Below are positions 8,175 to 15,952 of a stretch of DNA of 64,000 nt, piece after piece. The stretch comes from Opitutaceae bacterium. Its GTDB lineage: Bacteria; Verrucomicrobiota; Verrucomicrobiia; Opitutales; Opitutaceae. The notes under the pieces were generated by a model. It was not told the origin of the DNA. It searched no databases and was given only the letters and a program-made list of their open reading frames with translations. The stretch spans positions 52,244 to 116,243 of the forward strand of contig JBEKWG010000004.1 in NCBI GenBank assembly GCA_049513315.1. The letters run 5' to 3'. The position numbers and the translations under genes were made by a program. Numbering within the stretch: position 1 is the first letter of the stretch; each line of letters opens with the position of its first letter.

Positions 8175-9203
8175 TCATTTGAGCAAAACGCTCCGATACT
8201 CGTCGAGGACGCTCTCGTCGACCACCGGCCATTTCGTGTCGTCCCATTTGATCTCGGCGATCTTCAGCTTTTGCAGGCCATTGTCGGCAGCCTCGTAGGC
8301 GTGGAAGATGAGGTAGTCTTTGCCATCAAAAGTGTAAGCGCTGTTGGATCCCGGCCCGGCCCAGCGAGCGTTACCGGCCAGCAACAGGCTGCCCCCACCC
8401 TCGCTCAGGTTCCGGCCATCCTTGTCCACGTAGGGACCTCGCACATTTCGCGAGCGTCCCACCATGAGCTTGTAGGTACTGTCCTTGCCCCGGCAGCACA
8501 GGCCCCAGGAAACGAAAAGATAGTAATAGCCGTTTTTCCTGAAAATGAACGGCGCTTCGATCTCGGCCGTTCCGGCCTCCTTGTCGTCTTCGAAGGCAGA
8601 GCGATACCGGCGGGCAATGGAATACCATTCCTGCGGTTCAGCCAGCGCGGTCCAGTTCGGGGCCAGTTTGACGAGCTTCAGACCCGACCAGAATGAGCCG
8701 AAGCTCATCCACGGCGTGCCGTCTTCGTCCACGATCACGTTGGGATCAATCGCATTCCATAAGTCGCGGCCCGGGAACGACTGCAGCACGATCCCCTGGT
8801 CTTCCCATTTGAAGTCGGGCGAGTCCGGATCGAGCGTCCGGTTTGTTGTCACACCGATGGCCGAGGTGTTTTTTCCAAACGCGGAAACGGAGTAATACAG
8901 GTAATACTTGCCGTCGTGACGGATGATGTCGGGCGCCCAGATGTGCCCGTTGAAACTGGGTGCGACGCGTTTCGCCCAAGCCGGGTCCCCCGGGAAGACG
9001 CGGCCCCGGAGCTCCCAGGTTTTCATGTCCTTGGAACTGTAGTAGGTGATACCCGGACCGGTGCTGAAGAGGTAGTAGGTGTCACGCTCCTGCGCCATGA
9101 CTGGATCGTGGATGCTTACCTGTCTGGGCTGCGCCGCCACCAAGCTTCCGGCGATGAGCAATCCCAAGGCCAGAGGTGAAAACCTCGATAAATTGGCATT
9201 CAT
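8175..9203 (-). CDS. GH43 endo-1,5-alpha-L-arabinanase, secreted
   Basis: 342 aa with a signal peptide (MNANLSRFSPLALGLLIAGSLVAAQP). Motifs: HDPVMAQERDTYYLFSTG, IWAPDIIRHDGKYYLYYSVSAFGKNTSAIG, WNAIDPNV, GSFWSGLKL, IEAPFIF. Confidence 0.88.
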   Translation of the reverse strand: MNANLSRFSPLALGLLIAGSLVAAQPRQVSIHDPVMAQERDTYYLFSTGPGITYYSSKDMKTWELRGRVFPGDPAWAKRVAPSFNGHIWAPDIIRHDGKYYLYYSVSAFGKNTSAIGVTTNRTLDPDSPDFKWEDQGIVLQSFPGRDLWNAIDPNVIVDEDGTPWMSFGSFWSGLKLVKLAPNWTALAEPQEWYSIARRYRSAFEDDKEAGTAEIEAPFIFRKNGYYYLFVSWGLCCRGKDSTYKLMVGRSRNVRGPYVDKDGRNLSEGGGSLLLAGNARWAGPGSNSAYTFDGKDYLIFHAYEAADNGLQKLKIAEIKWDDTKWPVVDESVLDEYRSVLLK

Positions 9204-9357
9204 TTTGATTCAGGTCCGCAAGTGGGCAGTTTGTCGCTGGCAGATCGTGACACGCGCTAGAATCCGATTTGAAACACCGCGGTGGAGGCATACGCCATCG
9301 CGAGGCAGGCGGCGAGAAGGAGGCGGGGGGTACGCATGGTAAAAGGGTTGGTTAGGG

Positions 9358-12300
9358 TCATGGCATTGATTCCGCCAGAGGCCAGCCGTCAGCAGACCAA
9401 GTGAGCGGTCGGATGGCGAGCGTTGGCGCACCGTTGCGCGTGCCGTCATAGAAATGCACACTCACCCAGAAGCGGCCGTTCTCCTCTAGAATACCGACAT
9501 GGCCGGGCCCGATGAACAGCCCGTCGGTCGCCATGAACACGCTGCCGCCGTCGTGAAGGAGATCCCTCCCCTCCCGGTCAAGATAGGGTCCCGTGACCTG
9601 CTTGCTGCGGCCGACGCGGATCTCGTAGGTGCTTTTCACGCCGCGGCAGCACAGGCCCCAGTTCACAAAGAGATAATAGAATTCGCCGTGGCGGTAGAGA
9701 CACGCCGCTTCGATGGACTCGTGCCACGCCAGCGGGTAAATCGGTGAAGCCGGAGCCAGGCGCCCGCCCGTGGCGGGATCGAGCTCGATGAGCTTAATGC
9801 CGCTCCAGAACGAGCCAAAGGCCAGCCATAGCTTCCCGTCCGTGTCGCGGAACACCGATGGATCGATGGCGTTGAAGTTGTCGTTTTCGTCGGTCTGGAC
9901 GACGACTCCGGCGTCGGTCCAGTGATGGGCGGGGTCAGCCGGATCGAGCGTAGGATTGGTCGCAAGGGCGATGGCCGACGTGCGCTTCCCGAAGGCCGAG
10001 ACCGCGTAGTACAATAGGTACCGGCCGTCGTGCCAGATGACGTCCGGCGCCCAGAAATGACCGCGTTGTCCGGGCACGACCTGGGTAATCCACGGGGGAA
10101 GGTCCGTGAAAACACGGCCGCCGCTCTCCCAATGCACCAAGTTCTTGGAATGATAGGAAACCAAGCCCATGCCGGTGGCGAAAACCCAGTATTCATCCCG
10201 GCATTTGACAATCGTGGAGGGGTCGTGCACCCGGGCGTCGCGTTTGCCCAGCCGGGCCAGGAGCGCTTCGGCGTCTGGTGTCGGGTTGGCGCCAGCCGCG
10301 AACAGCGCCGCGGCCGGGAGCAGGAACCACGCGAGAGCCTTCAAGCTCCTCAAGCCGGGCCGCAGCCACCGCGCCGCCCCCAGCCCGGTCAGTCCGGCGA
10401 AAAACCACGCCTCCATCGCGCCGCCGCCCCCGCCGCCACCCTCCCCAGACGACCCCGTGCTGGCGGGGTTGACAGTCAGTGTGGCTTGGTTGCTGGTCAC
10501 GCTCCCGGCTGCGTTCGCGACCGTGACCGTGTAGTTGCCGGCGTTGGCCGCCTGGACGTTGGTCAGGCTCAGCGTGCTGCCAGTGGCTCCATTGATGGCG
10601 GTACCGTTGAAATACCACTGATAGGTGGGCGTCGGCTTGCCGGAGGCTGTGACTGAGAATTGCACATTGGCTCCAACCGTCACGGTCTGGCTTTGCGGCT
10701 GCGCCGTGATGCTGGGGGCGGTGGAGAATATCACAAGGCGGATGGCGTGGTTGTTGGTATCGGCGACATAGATGTTGCCGGAGTTGTCGACTGCCAGGCC
10801 CGTGGGTAAATTAAAGCGGGCGGCGCCATCCGTACCATCGGCGCTGCCACCGGTTCCGGGCTGGCCGGCGATGGTGATCACCCCGCCGGACGAAGTGATT
10901 TCACGGATCGCACTATTGTCCGTATCGGCGACGTAAAGATTACCCGCAGCGTCAACAGCCACTCCGGAAGGATAGAAAAACCGCGCCGCACTGCCGGCAC
11001 CATCCGTCGCGCCGCTGGCGCCGGCTTGTCCGGCAACGGTGGTCACGGCCCAGTTCGACAGGACAACCTTGCGGATGGTGTCGTTGTTGGTGTCCGCGAC
11101 GTAGAGGTTGCCGCCGCCATCAAGGGCCAGACCTTGAGGGCCATGGAAGCGGGCGACCGACCCGGCACCATCGGCGCTGCCGCTCGCGCCCGGCGTACCA
11201 GCCACGGTGGCGACGGCGCCGCCGGGTGTGATTCGCCGGATGGTGTGGTTCAGGGTGTCGGCGACGTAAAGGTTCCCGGCGCTGTCCACCACGATGCCCG
11301 AGAGACCGTTGAAACTCGCGGCCGAACCGGTGCCATCGGCGCTGCCGCTCACGCCGGGCGTTCCCGCGAGCGTGCTCACCACGCCCGCCGGCGTGATTTT
11401 TCGGATCGTGTCATTGTCGGTGTCGGCAACGTAGATATTGCCCGCGCCATCCACGGCTGCGCCCGCCGGATGTTTGAATCTGGCGGCGGTGCCCGTGCCA
11501 TCGGCGCTGCCGCTCACGCCCGCCTGGCCGGCTAGCGTGGTCACCGTTCCGGTCGGAGTGACCTTGCGGATGGTATGATTGTAGGTGTCCGCCACGCAGA
11601 TGTTGCCCCCGCTGTCGACCGCGGCGTCGGCCGGATAATTGAATCTCGCGGCGGATCCGGTGCCGTCCGCGCTGCCGGCAGCTCCGGCCTGGCCGGCCAC
11701 AGTGCTGACGACCACGCCCCGGCCTGACAAGGTAGGCCAATTGCCGGAGTCCCAGAATAAGTCGCTGATCTGCAGGGTGGGATTGCCGTTGTTGTTGGCG
11801 TCATAGGCGTGGAAGGCGATGATCCACGCCCCGCCGTTCTGCACGACACTCTGGCCGCCGGGTCCCTTCCACCGGCTGTCGCCCGCGTCCAAAACCGTCC
11901 CGCCTCCGCTTAACATGAGTACACTGTCTTTGTCCAGATAGGGGCCTGTGACACTGGTGGATCTGCCGTAAGCGATTTTATAGGTACTATTGACCCCCTG
12001 GCAGCATTGGTCGATCGAGACGACCAGATAGTAGTAGCCGTTGGCGTACACGATATTGGCACCCTCAATGCCGTTGGTTCTTTGCGCGATGGAATAGATG
12101 GGGCCGGTGGGCTTCATCGTGTTCGGGTCGAGCTGGACGACATGCAGGCCGTCGAACCACGAGCCGAACACCAGCCAAGGATTGCCCGCCGCGTCCGTGG
12201 CCAGGCTGGGATCAATGGCGTTGAAGGCATCCACCCCGCTCTTTGAGTTGATCACCAGTCCGTCGTCGCGCCAGTCCCCGGTGGCGATGCTGGTGCAGGA

Positions 12301-12756
12301 GGTCAGGCCGATCGCCGAGTTGTTCTGGCCAAATACGGAGACGCAATAGTAGCACCAGGTTCTGCCGCCGAACCGGTGCGCATCCGGCGCCCACACGTCC
12401 AGCGTTCCCATGTTGGGCGCATAGGTCCGCCACCAAGAAAGCTCGGCGGCAAAAAGTGGCGCCCGTTGCGTCCAGTTCAAGCCGTCGGAGGAACTTTTCA
12501 CCGGCAGACCCGTGCCGGTGGCGAAACACCACCACGTGTTTCCTTCCCGGATGATGCTCGGGTCGTGCGCGCCCAGATCTCCCGACAGTCCCCAGCTCGC
12601 GGCCGAGGCCGTGCCGGCGACGACGATCAGCCCCAGATACGCGGTGAGGCAACGGCGCACGGATGCGACCAAACGGGGGGGACCGGCATCGCCCCAACGC
12701 CGAACACCGCACCGCCCCCACCCGCCTCCACGCCGGATGTGTGATTGCCAAGTCAT
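9358..12756 (-). CDS. Continuous ORF encoding GH43 arabinanase + 6 NHL repeats + Ig-like domain + Gly7/hydrophobic/Arg tail, fused in frame to a second complete GH43 arabinanase
   Basis: No stop codon anywhere in 9358-12891. ATG at 12756; a GTG at 12660 would give a cleaner signal peptide (MRRCLTAYLGLIVVAGTASAASWG). The first GH43 module carries HDPSIIREGNTWW, VWAPDAH, NAIDPS, GSWFDGL. NHL x6 spans 10726-11718 and the Ig-like domain 10468-10725. The tail is GEGGGGGGGAMEAWFFAGLTGLGAARWLR. It is followed by LKALAWFLLPAAALFAAGANPTPDA (signal-peptide-like) and a second module with VHDPSTIV, FWAPDVIWHDGRYLLYYAVSAFGKRTSAI, NAIDPSV, GSFWSGIKL. Possible internal starts are ATG 10416, TTG 10353 and TTG 10344. 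Confidence 0.7.
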   Translation of the reverse strand: MTWQSHIRRGGGWGRCGVRRWGDAGPPRLVASVRRCLTAYLGLIVVAGTASAASWGLSGDLGAHDPSIIREGNTWWCFATGTGLPVKSSSDGLNWTQRAPLFAAELSWWRTYAPNMGTLDVWAPDAHRFGGRTWCYYCVSVFGQNNSAIGLTSCTSIATGDWRDDGLVINSKSGVDAFNAIDPSLATDAAGNPWLVFGSWFDGLHVVQLDPNTMKPTGPIYSIAQRTNGIEGANIVYANGYYYLVVSIDQCCQGVNSTYKIAYGRSTSVTGPYLDKDSVLMLSGGGTVLDAGDSRWKGPGGQSVVQNGGAWIIAFHAYDANNNGNPTLQISDLFWDSGNWPTLSGRGVVVSTVAGQAGAAGSADGTGSAARFNYPADAAVDSGGNICVADTYNHTIRKVTPTGTVTTLAGQAGVSGSADGTGTAARFKHPAGAAVDGAGNIYVADTDNDTIRKITPAGVVSTLAGTPGVSGSADGTGSAASFNGLSGIVVDSAGNLYVADTLNHTIRRITPGGAVATVAGTPGASGSADGAGSVARFHGPQGLALDGGGNLYVADTNNDTIRKVVLSNWAVTTVAGQAGASGATDGAGSAARFFYPSGVAVDAAGNLYVADTDNSAIREITSSGGVITIAGQPGTGGSADGTDGAARFNLPTGLAVDNSGNIYVADTNNHAIRLVIFSTAPSITAQPQSQTVTVGANVQFSVTASGKPTPTYQWYFNGTAINGATGSTLSLTNVQAANAGNYTVTVANAAGSVTSNQATLTVNPASTGSSGEGGGGGGGAMEAWFFAGLTGLGAARWLRPGLRSLKALAWFLLPAAALFAAGANPTPDAEALLARLGKRDARVHDPSTIVKCRDEYWVFATGMGLVSYHSKNLVHWESGGRVFTDLPPWITQVVPGQRGHFWAPDVIWHDGRYLLYYAVSAFGKRTSAIALATNPTLDPADPAHHWTDAGVVVQTDENDNFNAIDPSVFRDTDGKLWLAFGSFWSGIKLIELDPATGGRLAPASPIYPLAWHESIEAACLYRHGEFYYLFVNWGLCCRGVKSTYEIRVGRSKQVTGPYLDREGRDLLHDGGSVFMATDGLFIGPGHVGILEENGRFWVSVHFYDGTRNGAPTLAIRPLTWSADGWPLAESMP
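10726..11718 (-). repeat. Six tandem in-frame NHL-type repeats (period about 55 aa / 165 bp) inside the 9358-12756 ORF
   Basis: The unit (V/L/I)AG.(A/P)G..GSADG.G.AARF..P.G.AVD..GN(I/L)YVADT.N..IR(K/R)(I/V)T recurs six times. The (V/L/I)AG anchors fall at ORF residues 398, 453, 508, 563, 619 and 674. Confidence 0.85.
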
Positions 12757-12876
12757 CGGCGCGGATCTCCTGGGGCGGATTGGACCCCATGTGCGGCAGG
12801 ATTCGCTCGACGATTTGACGCTCCCAGTAACATACCGGCGGCTTGGTTGGGTTCCCGTTCTTGATTCGTCACCTCG

Positions 12877-12960
12877 CTCGATTGGGGGCAAGAATCCCCA
12901 ATCGAGCCTCCTCGTCAGTTGCGATCTCTTGACGGCTCGGTCGGAGGTGCGCCGTCAAGA
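12877..12960 (-). terminator. Two strong hairpins downstream of the TonB-dependent receptor gene (terminator/attenuator or mRNA-stabilising structures)
   Basis: One perfect 10-bp inverted repeat, tcttgacggc (12927-12936) / gccgtcaaga (12951-12960). One perfect 11-bp inverted repeat, ctcgattgggg (12877-12887) / ccccaatcgag (12896-12906). Neither is followed by a clear U-tract. Confidence 0.45.
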
Positions 12961-12982
12961 GGTCATCTGCTTTCTTCGCTCT

Positions 12983-15775
12983 CTAGTAACGGTACCTCAG
13001 GCCCAACTCATACGTCGTGTCGTAGCTGCGGACGTCGCGGGTGAACATCGGCACGTCGCCAAAGTTGTCGTGATACTTGCTCTTGGTGATATTGGTGGCG
13101 TCGAACGTGATCGTCAGGCCCTTAGTGATCGCATAGCCGGCGGAGAAGTCGAGCTGGCCGCGGGGCTGCACCCAGACGGTCGACGGTTGGATGCCGCTCT
13201 GGTTGAAGCTGTCGATGTAGCGGCCACGCCAGTTATAGGCCAGCCGGCCGGAGAACGGGCCGTGTTCGTAGATCAGGATAAGGTTGTAGTTGTTCGGGGA
13301 GACCTGCGCGATCTGTTGCTTTATGTTCGTCAGCGGATTCTCCGTCTCACCCTTGATATAGGTGTAGTTGGCTTGGAGACCCAGGCCCTTGAACGGATCC
13401 GGCAGGAAGTCGAAGAAGTATTGGTAGGCAACCTCGGCGCCCTCCAGGTAGCCGTTGTGCGTGCTGTGCGGCCGGGTGACGGCGTACGTATTGCCGTTGA
13501 TGACTTCCGAATCCACGTAACTCTGAATGTATCCGTCAATGGTCCGGTAGAAGCCGGCGACCGAGGCCATGCTCGCCTTCGTCGGGTAGTACTCGAGCGA
13601 CAGATCGTAGTTCGTGGACCGGATCGGATCGAGGTCCGGATTGCCGCCCGAGCCCTGGCCAGGCAGGGTCGGCCCCGCAGCCGTTACCGACGTGGCAGGA
13701 TTCAGCGCGCTGAAGTCCGGCCGCGTAATCGTCTTGGTGAAGGAGGCGCGCAGGAATAGATCGTCCTGCAGCTTCAAACGTCCGTTCGCGGTCGGCAGCG
13801 CTTCCCACCGCGACCGATCGACCGAGGTCCAGGTGTAAGTTGTCGAACTGGCGATGATCTGCTGCAAATAGCCGGCCAAGGTGTCATCCGTGTGCGCAAA
13901 ACGAACCCCGATCACACCGTCCAAGGGCAGGTCGCCGAGCTTGGCCGAGTAGTTGGTCAGACCGTAGAGGGTGGTCGTCTTCTCCGTGTCCTTGAAGGTC
14001 TTCGTTGGATCGGGCAGCGGCTCGCCCAGGGCGTGGCCGAAGATCTTGCGGATCACGTCGGTGTCGTTCAGCAGGAAATTCGGATCCGCCGACCACCATT
14101 GCCGGACGTTGATCTGACCGGGTCCGACGAACAGGTTGGTGGGGGATTCGTGCCCCAGGCCGGGAATACTCGAGGCCGCCGCGATGGCCCACTGGAAATC
14201 GCCGCCGCCGTTCGCCGACGTATAGTTGACGTCGCGATCGGCATACCGCACGCCGAACTGCAGCGACTTGAAGAACGCGTTCCGCAGGCGGTAGAGCAGA
14301 TCGGCCCGGAGGGCGTATTGCACGCTGTGTTCGCGCTGCCACTGGTCGAACAGTTGCTGCAGATGGTAGTTGGCAACATTCGTGTAGTCGACGCCCGTGG
14401 CGTTGACCGTCGACGCGTTGTTCTCATTGTAGGTGATCGAGAACGAGGGCGTCACGAGCCCGGTGTCGAGGATCACGCCCCGCGGCCGGTACGTGCTGAA
14501 GTTGTAGCTCAGCTCGCCCGAAACCTTGACCGTCCCATTGTCCCACTTGCCGCCGACGGCGCCCTGATAGGTGTCGGTCTTGTCGTGGAAGGCCTGCGTG
14601 CTGGTCAGGCTGTTCGTGTAATGCGCCGTCATGCTCTGGACGAATCGGGCGGGGGTGCCCAGGCTGTTGTATTTCTCCGGAACGTTATAGCCATCGTAGC
14701 CGGCGGGAAAAAGCGTGACATTGTTGATGTAGAAGCCGGCGTTGGCCCAGCTCGGAATGCCGATGAAAAAGTCGACGCTATGCAGGTCGTCGTAACGGGT
14801 GTAGAGGTTGTCCCAGTAGAACTCGGTGTTTGCGTTGGGCTTCCACTGCAGCATGGCCGAGACGCCGACCCGCTTGCGGTCGCCCGGATTCAGCTGAATC
14901 CCGAAATTGTCGGCGAAGTAACCCGGGGTGCCGGAGGAATCGGTGGTGAGGTCGTACGTTTCGCCGAGGGCGCCGAAGTGCACGTAGTTGTCCACGATCT
15001 GGTCCATGTATTGCGAGCGCGCAAAGGACACGTCCAGCAGCGCCCCGAATTCTCCCATCGAGGTCTTCCAGCGGTTGCTCACTAGGCCGCTGATGTTATA
15101 GCTGTCCTTCTGCGCCTGGGTCGAATAGATGCCGTCGGCGGTGCCGGCGACGGTGAAACCGCTGAAATCGAACGGGCGCCGCAGGCGTACGTCGATCAGG
15201 CCCGCCACGCCGCCCTCGATCTTGTCCGGGCCGGCAGCCTTGAAGACGTCGACGCCTGCGACCATCTCCGCCGGGATGTCCTGCAACGCGACGCCACGGC
15301 CGGTGCCGGTGAAGACCTCATAGCCGTTCAGGGTGGTTTCGATGTTCGGCAGGCCGCGGATCACGACCGAGCCGACTTCGCCTTGCGCGCGTGCGACCTG
15401 AACGCCGGGCACCCGCTGGAGCGCCTCGGCCACGGTGAGGTCCGGGAACTTGCCGATGTCCTCGGCGACGATGGAGTCGACGAAGTCGGGGGCGTTGAGC
15501 TTGATTTCTTCGGAACTGATCAAGCTGGCGCGCAGGCCAGTCACCACCACCGGTGCCATTTCGATCGGCGCCTCTTTGGATGAAGGCTGGGCAGTGGTCG
15601 GCGTCTCGTTGGATGGAGGCTTGGCAGGGGTCGTTTCCTGGGCGCGCGCCGGGCTGACACCGAGGAAGAAAGCCAGCACGGTAGCGGAGCAAAGCGAGAC
15701 AACTCTTCGGCTCTGGACCGAAGAATGCCCGCGAGAATTGGAGCATGGGTTGGGGTTCATAACGGGAGTAAGCAT
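12983..15775 (-). CDS. TonB-dependent outer-membrane receptor (carbohydrate-type, no N-terminal signalling extension)
   Basis: Signal peptide (VVSLCSATVLAFFLGVSPARAQE). The plug starts directly after it (MAPVVVTGLRASLISSEEIKLNAPDFVDSIVAEDIGKFPDLTVAEALQRVPGV). A long beta-barrel ends in the aromatic C-terminus ...YELGLRYRY. In-frame ATGs at 15775 and 15760; the ORF-track start at 15796 is TTG. Confidence 0.88.
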   Translation of the reverse strand: MLTPVMNPNPCSNSRGHSSVQSRRVVSLCSATVLAFFLGVSPARAQETTPAKPPSNETPTTAQPSSKEAPIEMAPVVVTGLRASLISSEEIKLNAPDFVDSIVAEDIGKFPDLTVAEALQRVPGVQVARAQGEVGSVVIRGLPNIETTLNGYEVFTGTGRGVALQDIPAEMVAGVDVFKAAGPDKIEGGVAGLIDVRLRRPFDFSGFTVAGTADGIYSTQAQKDSYNISGLVSNRWKTSMGEFGALLDVSFARSQYMDQIVDNYVHFGALGETYDLTTDSSGTPGYFADNFGIQLNPGDRKRVGVSAMLQWKPNANTEFYWDNLYTRYDDLHSVDFFIGIPSWANAGFYINNVTLFPAGYDGYNVPEKYNSLGTPARFVQSMTAHYTNSLTSTQAFHDKTDTYQGAVGGKWDNGTVKVSGELSYNFSTYRPRGVILDTGLVTPSFSITYNENNASTVNATGVDYTNVANYHLQQLFDQWQREHSVQYALRADLLYRLRNAFFKSLQFGVRYADRDVNYTSANGGGDFQWAIAAASSIPGLGHESPTNLFVGPGQINVRQWWSADPNFLLNDTDVIRKIFGHALGEPLPDPTKTFKDTEKTTTLYGLTNYSAKLGDLPLDGVIGVRFAHTDDTLAGYLQQIIASSTTYTWTSVDRSRWEALPTANGRLKLQDDLFLRASFTKTITRPDFSALNPATSVTAAGPTLPGQGSGGNPDLDPIRSTNYDLSLEYYPTKASMASVAGFYRTIDGYIQSYVDSEVINGNTYAVTRPHSTHNGYLEGAEVAYQYFFDFLPDPFKGLGLQANYTYIKGETENPLTNIKQQIAQVSPNNYNLILIYEHGPFSGRLAYNWRGRYIDSFNQSGIQPSTVWVQPRGQLDFSAGYAITKGLTITFDATNITKSKYHDNFGDVPMFTRDVRSYDTTYELGLRYRY

Positions 15776-15952
15776 GGTGCGATTCAGACAGAACAACTCG
15801 GCACTCAGACTTTTTGGGGTGCCATCCTTACATGCGCCGTCTGACCTCCAAAACCGACACGGACATCACTGAGGAGATTCGGTCCGCCGGGTCCTCAATC
15901 CGCAGATATATGATCGCCCGTGGAACCCGCTGAAGCGGAAGTTCTTGGGAGT

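Noticed and set aside
10726-11718. Regular about 165-bp tandem repeats considered as a possible CRISPR-like or satellite array
   Set aside because: The repeats are in frame inside a long ORF and encode canonical NHL units. There are no unique spacers between them. This is protein-domain repetition, not CRISPR.
15600-15775. FecA-like N-terminal signalling (STN) domain on the TonB-dependent receptor, which would imply classical sigma/anti-sigma trans-envelope signalling
   Set aside because: After the signal peptide and a short Pro/Thr/Ser linker, the plug domain begins directly (MAPVVVTGLRASL...DIGKFPD). There is no room for an extension of about 80 aa.
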